This document shows, one piece after another, positions 49,545 to 61,439 of a stretch of 64,000 nt of DNA. Numbering within the stretch: the first letter of the stretch is position 1; every line of letters starts with the position of its first letter. The translations under genes and the position numbers were made by a program. Source of the stretch: Carcharhinus amblyrhynchos (Eukaryota); contig OZ336878.1 in assembly GCA_965287045.1 (NCBI GenBank), forward strand, positions 34,906,001 to 34,970,000, read 5' to 3'. The notes below the pieces were generated by a model. It did no database searches, was not told the origin of the DNA, and was given only the letters and a program-made list of their open reading frames with translations.

Positions 49545-49715
49545 TTAGCCTTCGGCTTAGGGAGTCAAAGGTCATAGGTTTTACCTTACTCTGCAGATTT
49601 CGGCATATAATCCTGGATAATACTTCATTGCATAACCGAGTGAATATTGCATTAATGGAGATGCCATCTTTCGGCTAAAACTTCTAACTTCAAGTAAAAA
49701 TAAAAAATACCATGA
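49545..49715 (+). mobile_element. DeuSINE fragment
   Basis: GCATATAATCCTGG...CATTGCATAACCGAG...GGAGATGCCATCTTTCGG, Deu-domain-like. Confidence 0.55.
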
Positions 49716-49724
49716 CAGTATATG

Positions 49725-50062
49725 AAGGAAAGCTGCCTCGGAAAACCAGCCAGCATAATCAAGGACCTCACGCACCTCAAAAATGCTCTCTTTCACCTTA
49801 TCCACTTGGAAAATGATTCAAAAGTCTGAGATCATGTATCAACCGACTCAAAAACTACTTCCCTGCTGCCATCTGTCTTTTGAATGGACCGACCATGTAT
49901 TAAGTTGATTTTTCTCTGATTGTTGCCAAAACTGTAACACTATATTCTGCACTCTCTCCTTTCCTTCTCTATGAACGGTATGTTTTGTCTGTAAAGTGTG
50001 CAAGAAACAATACTTTTCATTGTATCCCAATACATATGACAATAATAAATCAAATCAAGTCA
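49725..50062 (+). mobile_element. Rex1/Babar 3' fragment
   Basis: Matches 8790-9130; ends TGACAATAATAAATCAAATCAAG. Confidence 0.85.
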
Positions 50063-50329
50063 AGAAAGCAGAGGAGTTCTTCCAATACCCTGACCATATT
50101 TATCTCATTATGTCCTTGCCAGGTGCAAATTCCCTATGTGTCAACTGCCACACTTCGGAAGTGGTTTATTGTGAAATTCTTTGGGGTGCTCTGAGGTGTT
50201 GAGTTGGGCTACATAGAAGAAAGTGGCCCCTTTCTTTCTTAAGAGTTTCTGAATCCCTAGTCCAAATCCAAACAACAAATGCAACTTTTCTATATATAGT
50301 GCGTAAAAACAAAATACTACAGATGCTGG

Positions 50330-51450
50330 AAATGTGAAATATTGAGCACTTTTTATGTAGTAAAACATTATAGAGTGCTTCACAGGAGCAGTATAAAACA
50401 AAATTTGACAGAGGGACACCTAAAGCTGCATTAGTACAGGTGACCACAGGCTTAGTCAAAGAGGCATATTTTAAGGACAGTCTTAAAAGTGGAGAGAGAA
50501 TAAAGGATAAAGAGGTTTAGACATCGAATTCCAGGCCACCAAACCCAAAATCGGAACAGAAATAACTTGATCATAAATCTGGTGCAACAACTTGCATTTA
50601 CGTAGCACCTTTCATATAGGGAAATATTCCAAGGTGTTTCACATAACCATAATCAGCCAAAAATAGATAGTGAGCAAAAAAAAGGTGGCAGTAGGAAGAA
50701 TGAAAGGGAGAGAGTCCTAAGTAGGTGAAGGAGATGGTTTCTGAGGTAAAGATATTTAGGGAGGGAATTATAAGCTTAAGTCCTAGATAACTGAAGGCAT
50801 ATCCACCAATTGTGGGGCAAAGAAACAGGCAGGTGCAAAATTCTGGTTTAGCCAAGGATTGTGCCTAGGAATGGAATTATTATTATGACTATGGCATTTG
50901 TGATGGCTTTGATGAGATGAAATTGTGGCTTATCCATGATTGTATATTGGAAAAGCAATGGCGATACCAACAGGAGCACTGGAGGAATGGGAAGAGATGA
51001 TGGAAAGTTAGATCTGAGTGCAATCAGTGTACATATGGAAGCTAACCTCAAGGCTTTCCTTGATATTGCTAAGGGCAGCATATGGATGAGAAAGAGCTAA
51101 GGATAGATCCTTATGCAAGTACCGAGGTAACAGCATTGTGACAGGAAGAGTTTGGTGGTAATGTTGATTGTGATTAGATAGGCAAGGATGCAACCAAAGC
51201 AAGGCAGTCACACTGACCAGGACAACGAGGAAAGATGTTGGAGGAGCACAGTTTGGTCAATTACGTCAGCGGCTGAGGAAAGGTTAAGAATGGCGTGTGG
51301 AGGCTCGGAGAGCAAGTTAAGTAATTGTCAGTTTTGTAGGACTGGGGTTAAAGGAATAAAAGGTGGCTCTCATTTTAAAGATGAGGGTAAAGGGAAAAAG
51401 TGAAGAGAGGTTCAAGGAGATAGTTGGGAGTGCAGAAATTAATTCAGCAA
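50330..51450 (-). mobile_element. Old L2 LINE fragments
   Basis: Antisense L2-type tail ACAACTTGCATTTACGTAGCACC; IGGYAFSYLG..W-like C-terminus; heavily decayed. Confidence 0.5.
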
Positions 51451-52140
51451 CTAGCCTTTGGCAAAGGAATGAGGTAAAATAATCTATGTTATGTACTAGC
51501 CAGTCGCAGCACTTTAAAATGCCAAAAGCAGCTGGCAGGACTTAATGCTTAGATGGACACAAAAACCAAGGTCCACAACACAGGTAAGAGTTACATTATC
51601 TGGTTTCACAATGAAATCCATAGCAACCCAGAGACAGGAGTGATGGAGGTAAAACAATAAAGCACCTCTAAATGTGAATAAAATGAGGAGAGAGCTCAAA
51701 ACAAAGCAAGTTCTTCAAATTTATCTAAATTTGGCACGGTCACATACAGGACAGTTTGAAAACGCCATGTAAAGGAAAGGGTTAATCTGGGAGTGTGGGA
51801 GTAGTTAGAGAAGAGAGTCAGAGTCATCGAAAAAGGGGTTTGATTTTATACATGAGTGAGTATTGTTTCCAACTAATAATCAGCCACAGAACATATTTGG
51901 TTCAAAAGTCAGAAAATTTCTTCAAACTGAAAAATAAATAACTTACAATGAGAAACAGGACTGAATTTCTTAAGAATATATCAGGCACTGTGGATTTCTA
52001 TTCTGAGAGATGTCATGAGTGAGAGTCATGTGATAATCTCTAATGTTGAATTGCCGAATCTTAGCTCTTAAATCTATAACTGTGGAAAGATTTCCAGAAC
52101 ATATTGTAATATGGAATCATTCTCAGTTGTAGAGTCACGT

Positions 52141-52262
52141 GCTGGATTCTACAGTCTTGCTTGGGCGAGGCAGTAAAGTTCTGCCTGAGGCCAATAGAGA
52201 AATCCGTTCTGTGAACCTCGCCCGCCCTGATTCTGGGGCAGGCGAGGCTGTAAAATTCCAGC
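52141..52262. mobile_element. MITE, PIF/Harbinger-like
   Basis: TIRs GCTGGATTCTACAG...CTGTAAAATTCCAGC. Confidence 0.6.
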
Positions 52263-53725
52263 AATAGAGTTACAGTCATAGAGGTTTCCACGCTGTAAAC
52301 AGGTCCTTCAGACCGACTTGTCCATGCCGACCAGTTTTTACCACTAAGCTAGTTCCAAATGCCTGCATTTGGCCCATATCCCTCTATAGCCATCTTACCC
52401 ATGTAACTGTCTAAGTGCTTTTTAAAAGACAAAATTGTACCCACCTCTACTACTGGCAGCTTGTTCCAGATACTCACCATAATCTGAATGAAACAATTGT
52501 CCCTCTGGAGCCTTTTGTATCTCTCCCCTCTCACCTTAAACCTATGCCCTCTGGTCTCAGACTCCCCTACCTTTGGGAAAAGAAGTTGACTCTTCACTTT
52601 ATCTATGCCTCTCATTATTTTACAGATCTCTATAAGATCACCCCTAAGCTCCCTACACTCCAGGGAAAGAAGTTCCAATCTATCCAGGCTGTCCTCATTA
52701 CCCAAACCGTCAAGTCCCACTAGCATCCTAGTAAATCTTTTGTGCACTCTTTCTAGTTTATATCCTTTTTATAATATGGTGACCAGAACTGTACATAGTA
52801 TTCCAAGTGCGGCTTTACCAATGTCTTGTACAGCTTCAACAAGATGTCCCAACTGCTGTATTCAATGTTCTCGGCAATGAAACCAGGTATGCTGAATGCC
52901 TTCTTCACCGCTCTGTCCACCTGCGAGCTATGTGTCCACTTTCGAGGAGCTATGAACATTTAAGGAGCTTTCCCCCAACATCACCTGAGTAGGTTCTACC
53001 CCGATTCGATCTACCAAAATGCATCACTCAACATTTATCTAAATTAAACTCCATCTGCCATTCATCAGCCCACTGGCCCAGTCAATCAAGATCCCATTGC
53101 AATCCAGATGACCTTCTTCACTGTCCACTATGTCACTAATCTTGGTGTCACCTGCAAACTTACTAACCGTGCCTCCTAAATTCTCATCCAAATCATTAAT
53201 ATTAATAACAAAAAATAGTGGACCCAGCACCGATTCCTGAGGCATACAGCTGGTCACAGGCCTGCAGTTTGAAAAACAACCTTTTACAACCACCCTCTGG
53301 CTTCTGTCATCAAGCCAATTTTGTATCCAATTGGGTACCTCATACTGGACCCCGTGAGATTTAACCTTATGCAACAACGTACGATGAGGTACGTTGTCAA
53401 AGGCCTTGCTAAAGGCGTCCATGTAGACAATGTTGACTACACTGCCCTCATCTACCTTCTTGGTCCCCCCTTCAAAAACCCAATCAAATTTGTGAAACAC
53501 GATTTTCCATTTACAAAACCATGCTGACCATCCCCGATCAATCCTTGCCTCTCTAAATGCCTGTAGATCCTGTCTCTTAAATTACCTTCAAACAACATAC
53601 CCACAACAGATGTTAGGCTCACTGGCCTGTAGTTCCCAGGTCTTTCCGTGCAGCCTTTCTGAAACAAACACACAACAATTGCTACCCTCCAATCCTCAGG
53701 CACCTCATCTGTGGTTGTTGATGAG
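52263..53725 (-). mobile_element. CR1/HER1-like LINE, 5'-truncated, frameshifted
   Basis: VPEDWRVA..GNYRPVSLTSVVG, QHGF, FSKAFD, KFAGDTK, PHLEY motifs across ORFs 52349-53895. Confidence 0.93.
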
Positions 53726-53957
53726 GTACTGTGAAGAAAACTGATGAAGATGAAATCTCTCAGAAGAAAATATCCTACATGAGCAGAAATGTCATCAAGA
53801 AGCTTTAATGGCCTCCCACAACCATCTGTCCCAACTACATGCTGCCAGTTTTTCAGTGGTATATTGGAGAGCTTGGTGATGCTTAGCAAGGGCACCCTTG
53901 ATTAAATTAACTAAATGCTAGCTCTGGAAGGTCTTTCACTCTGGTTGATTTAATTAA

Positions 53958-54193
53958 AGTAAAAAGTCTGACAACACCAGGTTTTAGTCCAACCTATTTA
54001 TTTGATAATATACTCACTAGCTTTCGGGGTTACCCCCTTCGTCAGGTGAATGGAAACTTGCCATTCACCTGACGAAGGGGGTAACCCCGAAAGCTAGTGA
54101 GTATATTATCAAATAAATAGGTTGGACTAAAACCTGGTGTTGTCAGACTTTTTACTGTGTTTACGCCAGTCCAACGCCGGCATACCCACATCA
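53958..54193 (+). mobile_element. Young Penelope-like element terminus (inverted pLTR) with hammerhead ribozyme
   Basis: Perfect 96-bp inverted arms 53958-54053 / 54061-54156, 7-nt loop, 37-nt extra tail, 12-bp TSD TGATTTAATTAA (53946-53957, 54194-54205). Confidence 0.85.
54064..54101 (+). ncRNA. Minimal type I hammerhead ribozyme (mirror copy on minus strand at 54013-54050)
   Basis: TTCAC-CTGACGA-A-GGGG GTAA CCCC-GAAA-GC-TA/GTGAG; stems I and II pair; palindromic AGCT stem III. Confidence 0.75.
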
Positions 54194-55103
54194 TGATTTA
54201 ATTAAGCCAGGACATCAGGTTTATTAATAAACTTTGTCCAGTTGATGTTAGAATATTTCAAGCAAGCACACTTTCCATTTGCATACATGATGAACACCAT
54301 GACAAAAATGTCAACAGCAAGTGTGTAAAGCAATGGTGTATTTGGTTAATTTACCTGAGGGGCTGCGATTCCAGTTGTCAACATGATTAAGTGGGTTGAG
54401 CTAAAGCCTATATTTGCCTAAATGCTGGGTGGATTTTTGTAGGAACATCTAGAACATGTGAAGAAGGCTCTAGATCCACAGAGACTAAGCGTTCTTTTTC
54501 CACAAAGAAAAATATTGTCAATAATTTACTGGGCATGTTTTAGCTTGAAAAGGAGATTGAAATTGAAGAATTCCAAGGTGGAATCTCAAGGCTATACTGG
54601 CTCTTGGCTGCTTAAGGATAGATGAAAGGAACGTCTCATTCCAGTTTTGGTACAAGACAGAATCTGGACACGATAAAAGTACAAATTCTCTCTCTTCCTG
54701 ACAGTGGAAGATTTTTATGCTGGGCTAGTTTTCAGCTGGCAAGCAGAGCTGAAGTTCACCCAGTGCTTTAGAAATGAGATACAGGATATTTGAAATCTCA
54801 GACCTCATTCGAATCCCTGTGCCAGGATTACGACACATTTTATCTGGGCTTCTCTCATAGTCCAGGAGTTATCCACCGACAGCAGGGAAGTGGCAGGATT
54901 CGCTGCTGGACCATCACATTTCACAACAGTTCTTCCTGGCCACACAAGTCAAACAGGAGGAAGGGTGAAAAATGGACTTTTCCGGGCTGCCTCTGTCCCT
55001 GACGCTCTTCACCACTGGACGCTTGAGAAACACATCCACATTAACAACACAAGCCGCCCAGTAGAAACTTCAGGCCGGTTTCTATGATGTCATTAGAATC
55101 TGT

Positions 55104-55300
55104 GGGCAGCACAGTGGCACAGTGGTTAGCACTGCCACCTCACAGTGCCAGGGACCCGGGTTTAATTCCGGCCTTGGGTGACTGTGTGGAGTTTGCAAGA
55201 TCTTCACATGTATATGTGGGTTTCCTCCAGGTGATCTGGTTTCCTCCCACAGTCTAAAGGGTTAGATTGATTGGCCATGGTATATTATCCCTTAGTGTCA
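55104..55300 (+). mobile_element. HE1 V-SINE, 3'-truncated
   Basis: GGGCAGCACAGTGGCACAGTGGTTAGCAC head and V-domain. Confidence 0.85.
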
Positions 55301-55727
55301 AGGGAATTTACGACCATGACTTGGTACACCAGGCTTTAGTAACAGTTGGCAATGGTTTAGCTTATCCCAGCAAAAAGAAATTGCAATTTAGCAATGTAAA
55401 ATTTTCCTGTACTTCTGAATCTCCTGACATTACAAACTGCCTGGCCCAAATTTTTGTTGTGTCTTTTGTTTCCTTCAGTGGAAGTTGAGGTGTTACAATA
55501 CTGAGGAAAATAAAACTCCTGAGTTTCAACATCCACCCAGAAACAGGGAAGGGGTGAGAAGAGGAAACTTCTCCATCAGTTGATGAGTTAGTTGGCCCAG
55601 TGAAATTCCCCAGAGAAAGTGCCACTGCTTTTGCCCAGAACTCAATAGAACATCAGTGAGGGGGAATGGAAGAGTAAGCTCAGTGGTATAAGCAGATCTG
55701 TATTGACCATCATTCCTATAATATATA

Positions 55728-55935
55728 GGGTGAGGTTTTCAGGCCCTTCCCACCAGTGGGATATTATGATTTCACTGCAGGTGAACCTCCCATACTCAAT
55801 ACCCAGGCAGCAGGACGGGCGAGTTACACAAAACGCTACAGATATTGGTGGGACCGGAAGATTCTGCTGGCAGCCAATGGTGAGCCGCCTCTGCCACCGG
55901 AAAACAAACTTTGGGCAGGTTAGAAAATCCCACCC
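55728..55935. mobile_element. MITE, PIF/Harbinger-like
   Basis: TIRs GGGTGAGGTTTT...AAAATCCCACCC, ATA on both flanks. Confidence 0.65.
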
Positions 55936-56117
55936 ATAAAGAAAAAGCTTTATCAACTGTTCAACCAGAGACTGTACTTTGCCAAAGAATTCTCTGCCAT
56001 GACATACTTGATGTTGGATGAATTTGCTATTTCCAGCAGTTTTAGGAATACTTAAAGTCTCGTCAATATTCCCAGGAAAAAGCCTGATGGATATAGGTCA
56101 AACCACGAGCATGCCTC

Positions 56118-56380
56118 AGGGGAGAGATACAGAAGGGCCCAGAAGGGCAATCTTTTCACACAGGGGATGGTGAGTGTCTGGAACAAACTGACAGAGGTAG
56201 TAGTAGAGGAGGTACAATGTCTTAAAAAACATTTAGACAGTCACATGGGTAAGATGGGTATAGAGGGATATGGCCCAATGCGGGCAATTGGGACTAGCTT
56301 AGTGGTTTAAAAGAAAGGGCGGCATGGACAAATTGGGCCAAAGAGTCTGTTTCCATGCTGTAAACCTCTATGACTCTATG
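56118..56380 (+). mobile_element. CR1/HER1-like 3' end (same subfamily as 52263-53725)
   Basis: Reverse-complement match to 52263-52530; ends CTCTATGACTCTATG. Confidence 0.85.
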
Positions 56381-56559
56381 CTGAGTCATGAGAACATGGA
56401 ATTCCACATCTGAAGAGCCAGTTCTATCCAGTTCAGATCTACATTCCACCAGCTACTGTTGCTAATTCATTACAAGTGGGTAAGGAGTAAAAGCTGAATC
56501 AAGGGATCTCACACTAAGGTTTTGCCGTGAGAGACTGGAGAATATTTGTATTTGGAGGG

Positions 56560-57250
56560 AGCAGGGTGCACTTGGACACGAAGTATATAAAGTTAACATG
56601 CAGGTGCAGCAATGAATTAGGAAGGCTAATGGTACATTTTTGTTACAAATGGATTGGAGTTCAGGAATAAAGAGGTCTCATTGTAATTACTCAGGCATTG
56701 GTGAAGCTATACCTAGAGCACTGTGCACAGTTTTCATCTCCTTAACCAAGGCAGGACACACTTGCCACCGAGTGAGTGCAAGAAAGGTTCGCTGCTAAAC
56801 CAGTTCCTGGAATGAGAGGGTTGACCTATGGTGGAGATTGAGTAGACTAGACTTACATTACCTGGAATTCGGAAGAATGGAAGGTGATCCAGTTGAAACA
56901 TATAAAATTATTAAGGGGCTTACAGAGTAGATGCTGAGGAAATGCCTTCCTAAGCTAAGGAATCTGGAACATGGGGTCATAGTCCCAGAATAAGTGGTGG
57001 GTCATTTAGCACTGAAATGAGGAGAGATTTCGTCACTCTACAGGGTTGTGAATCTTTGGAATTCTGTATCCCTGGAATTGTGGATGCTCAGTCACAGACT
57101 GTATTGAAGACAGAGACAGACGGATTTCTGGGATTAAGAGATTTGGTGGCAGTGCAGAAAGATGGAGCTGAGACTGAAGATCAGCCATGATGTTGTGGAA
57201 TGCAGAACAGGAGCAAAGGGATAAATGATACCCTGTTCTTGTTTCTGTCT
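56560..57250 (+). mobile_element. Old CR1 3' fragment
   Basis: MQVQQ..RKANG, YLEHCAQF, GTTGTGAATCTTTGGAATT, GATCAGCCATGAT 3' UTR. Confidence 0.8.
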
Positions 57251-57292
57251 TAATCTTCTAACAAAGATGGTAATTCTGACAGCCAGATCTTT

Positions 57293-57603
57293 AAGGCACA
57301 GCGGTTTGCACTGCTGCCTCATGGTGCCAAGGATGCGGGATCGATTCCCAGCTTGGGTCACTGTGGAGTTTGCATTTTCTCCCCGTATCTGTATGGGATT
57401 CCTCCAGGTGCTCCGATTTCCTCCCACAGTCCAAAGACATGCAAGTCAGGTTGACTGGCCATGCTAAATTGCCAGTTAGTGTCCGGGGGATTAGTATGGT
57501 AAATATGTGGGGTTATGATTATAGGACCTGGGTGGGATTTGGTTGGTGCAGGCTTGATGGGCCAAATGGCCTTTTTCTGCACTGTAGGGATTCTATAATT
57601 CTA
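57293..57603 (+). mobile_element. HE1 V-SINE
   Basis: Head, V-domain and CTGCACTGTAGGGATTCTA tail. Confidence 0.88.
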
Positions 57604-57989
57604 ATCACTAAGGTTTCCTTCAATGTCAGCAGAAAGGGTGAGGTGCAGCCAAGTGTGCAAGGCCTCATTGAGGCCAAGTTATCAGAGTTGCTGCAGAACG
57701 CTGGTGAACAGTTTGTACTACTGATGTCTCCCGATTCTTCAAAGCAGACCAGTATTTCAGCTTGATAAACTTGGGAACCAGCCGAGGGCAAAGACACAAA
57801 TAGAAACAGCAGAGAGACCTTATACTGATATCATGCCTAAATCCTACATGGTTATTTGAGACAAAATTTACTTAGTTACTATTCCCCGAAGTTGCTAGGG
57901 GGGATATTCAAACAGGTGGAAGGATGGATAATGTCAACAAAGGAGTGTGTGCTCTGCGCTCTACTGATGTTTGATTTGGAGAAGTTTCA

Positions 57990-59100
57990 CATTAGAAATA
58001 CAAACATATGAGAAATGCCGGACCAAAAAAAGGACTGCTAGTCCATTCATCCCATACAGTTGTGATGTTTTGTGTAACACAATCCATCACTGACAATCAC
58101 ATCCAGAAGCCACACAATCACCTGGGTGAGACAAAATAAATAAAAGTACATGTCAATTAGCAGAAAAAGTATTTGGAAAAAGCCTCCCCAACCACTCAGG
58201 CATCAAACCTAACCCATTAGGCCATTCTGCCCTGGTTAGCTTTATTAGGCACCTGAAGTACAAGGTGATCTTTATTTCAGTCAGCAATAGGTTCACTTCT
58301 TGTTTGAATGAATTCAATGAATCAGTATTCACCATGTGAGCTGCAATCTGTTCCACACAACCACTATGATGTAGAAACACAAGACTTTGCACCCAATTTA
58401 GTTCCACCTTTATGCAATTTGTAAGAATACCACCCTCCCAACCCCTTGTCTTCTAAAATCTGCTTAGTTGAAACAATTTGCCAACAAATACATGATCTAA
58501 TCCCTTCCCTTCATTATCCTACAACCCTTTATCAAATACCCCTGGGCTATGCTTTTCTAAAATGTAAAGACCCAGCTCTGAGCTGCTTTAGGCTGAGCAT
58601 TAATGTTGTGGTCCTCCTTTGAACCTTTATATCACTGACCAAATGCGGATTCCAAAACTGGACAGTCTTCTAGATGATGTATTCTAACTAAAGTCTTGCA
58701 CAAAACCAAAATAAATATGTTATGTTTCTTGACCAATTTCCCTGGAACCACATCCGAGCACCCTATACATTCCAGGTATAGCTTCACCGCATTGGTCATG
58801 AAACTTTAGAGATCTATGCACTAGATTTAGTTATTTTTCTTGAAGAATATTATGCCTGCTCTGCGTTGAATCCACCAATATATTTTATTGAGGTGAAACA
58901 TCATTTGTAAGTCACAGGGTCAACCCCTCAATGCACCTAAATTTACTCAAAGTGGACAAGCATCCTAATTCTCACACATGTATCATCTTGCAGATCATCT
59001 CCCACTAAATCATTCATGAAAAATAGTAATGTCCTAATGCTTTTCCCTGTGGTAAACCACTGGTGCCTGGTCTCCTGGCGGATCCAATTCCATCTATGAC
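57990..59100 (-). mobile_element. Very old CR1/L2-type LINE
   Basis: Antisense remnants resembling SGxPQGxxLG (~59030-59065), VQFWNPH (~58640-58665) and SLNSFKQE. Confidence 0.5.
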
Positions 59101-59748
59101 CTACAGTGTTGAAGATTCAATCAGCATCATTTCCCCACAGGGAAGCGAATCTGCTGTTCGGACTCGCTCGCTGTTGTGTGTCTTCACACCCACACTGTTT
59201 TTACACTTTAGGGAATAGTGGGAGAAGTGGTGGAAGGATTTCTGAGCTGATTGTCAGTCCACTGAACCATGTTGAATGCTCTTGCGGCCGACAAGTCCTG
59301 GTGTTTGACTCAAATCCAGAGCTTCTGGTCCAGTGGTAGCAGCACTGCGCCACTAGCCTCCCCTGCTGTTCTGACCTACACTGACAATTGAGCACCATTT
59401 CCCCATTTATCTTGCTTCTTTGAACAGGTGTCAATGATACTTGGAGATTGGCAGGCAAATCAGAATTCAACAGGAGTACTATGAAAACTGCTGGAGAAAT
59501 TAAAAATTTGTGGTCAGGAGAACTTGTCCCATCAGTGTGAAGTTGACTATTTAACTTACAAACTCCTGGCTTCTGGGTGTACCCTACATAAGTTAATATC
59601 AACATCCCAATCTGCAATCAATTATATCCTCAGTTATTCTGCAGCCTGTTTGTCCAGTCCTGGAGTATGCAAGTTGTGTGTGGGATCCTTCAATAACAAG
59701 AGACATAAATAAAAACTGATGTGATCCAAAGGTATGCTGCACAATTCT

Positions 59749-60033
59749 GAAGTTTATTTATTAGTATCGCATGTAGGCTTACATTAACATCGCAGTAAAG
59801 TTACATGAAAATCCCTTAGTCACCACACTCCAGTGCCGGTTCGGGTACACTGCGAGAGAATTTAACATGGCCAATGCACCTAACCAGACTGTGGGAGGAA
59901 ACTGGAGCACTCGGAAGAAACCCATGCAGGCACAGGGAGAATGTGCCAACTCTGCACAGACAGTGACCCAAACCGGGAATCGAACCCCAGTCCCTGGCGC
60001 TATGAGGCAGCAGTGCTAACCACTGTGCCGCCC
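59749..60033 (-). mobile_element. HE1-like V-SINE, alternative-tail variant
   Basis: AAGTTTATTTATTAG...GTAGGCTTACATTAAC tail plus head. Confidence 0.88.
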
Positions 60034-60258
60034 CCTGCATGAAACTATGAAACTGCAAGAATCAATCTGGGAAATATAGCAGTGTCACATTATTGATCAT
60101 ATTTTTGAAATGGGAATCACTGCAACAAAGGAGGTAGGAAAGCAACTAATCATGTTCTATATGGAATGGGCTGATAGGAATTGATAGAAACAAATACCTC
60201 GTGACCTCCAACAATGACAAAACATGAGGTAGTGATCCACATAAACTAGAAAGACAAT

Positions 60259-60384
60259 GGCCAATATTTATAGCCCAGCACAGCATATATCCCCTCAGTG
60301 GATACTGTGGTCCATTTAAATTGCTGTTTCCTTCAACAGGATTGTAATAACCCGCTGGGCAGGAGGGGCCATAAAATCCTTGCC
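60259..60384. mobile_element. MITE, PIF/Harbinger-like
   Basis: TIRs GGCCAATATTTA...TAAAATCCTTGCC, AAT on both flanks. Confidence 0.55.
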
Positions 60385-60599
60385 AATTTGTTTCCAAGAC
60401 AGTCTGTCAACAATCTTTCTTCTCAAGGACAATCCCATTGTGGAACACGCTACCAAAGGAAATAGCCACAGCCTCATCATTTGAAATCCTTAAGATCCAT
60501 ATCTAGATTATTTCCATTTATAGGTTTTTTATCATCAGGATTACCACATCAGCTGACGTGTTTGGTTAACTTGCACTAGCCATATAAATATCAGCGGAA

Positions 60600-61370
60600 T
60601 ACAGATGTTAGTCTCTGATCGCTACGTAGCCAAAGCAGAAGCAGAAAACCAACTCCTTTGTTAATGTTCAACTGGCTAAGGGTTTTGTTCTGCATTGTGA
60701 AGTCTCAGCAGAGCTTTAAGCCATGGAGTAAAGGGATGGCCAAGGTGGGTCAGGCAAAGACATTGGTGGTAAAACTTGTATTTCTCCTCCTTACCCTACA
60801 AGAGTATCAAAGCGTCGACAGTGATTGCCTTCTCTGGCATCCATTGAGACATCCAATACTTGCATATCTGTACCTCACTGATACCTAAAGGGCAGATTGT
60901 TTCAATATTTGTTTTATATTTCTCCGGTTGTCCATTTGTTCTTGGTAAGGGACTAGGGATCATAACAACTGAAATTTCTCAAAGGAATGAAAAATATTCT
61001 CAACAAGTGCTGTGTGCAACGATTGATCTGATGACAACCGGGGCGAATAACAAGGAGGCCCTATGCATTTCAAATCACTCAGAAACAAATAGCATCAGAC
61101 TCTTTTTCATCAAAATCTTCACCAGAGTTCAATCTTTCTTTGATTCAGAGTCTGATAAAGTGCAGGTTGAAACTTTTAATGTATTGAGGAACTTAGTCAA
61201 GTGTGCAAGTGGAGATTCCAAATCCTACTTCTTCGACAGATCCATTTAAATCCTGGTCTGCTTGTTGCTGCAGCTGAGTAGAAACAGCAAATAGGTCACT
61301 AGCTTTTGTTTATCTAATTGTGATCATAACACGACCAAATTCAACACTGAGCTTGAAAAAATGAAACTCG
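60600..61370 (+). pseudogene. Intronless disabled MROH (Maestro HEAT-like repeat) family fragment
   Basis: KGLGIITTEISQRNEKYSQQVL...IFTRVQSFFDSESDKVQVETFNVLRNLVKCASGDSKSYFFDRSI*ILVCLLLQL aligns with MROH1 as I recall it (RGLANLASGCPDKVRTHGPQLL...IRIRPFFDSEKMEFRTASIRLFGHLNKVCHGDCEDVFLDQVVGGLAPLLLHL); stops and frameshifts present. Confidence 0.7.
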
Positions 61371-61439
61371 AAACAGCTACTAAGATCCCAGGTTTAGGAC
61401 AAGGCCAATGTTGATGCAATGTGACGGAGATTGTCTCCC

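Noticed and set aside
49581-49700. Minus-strand exon-like ORF (…MASPLMQYSLGYAMKYYPGLYAEICRV) with splice-like ends
   Set aside because: It is the antisense reading of a DeuSINE Deu-domain.
60910-60965. Minus-strand SPLPRTNGQPEK resembling the integrase SPYHPQxNG motif
   Set aside because: The plus strand gives a much longer collinear MROH match, and no other integrase motifs are present.
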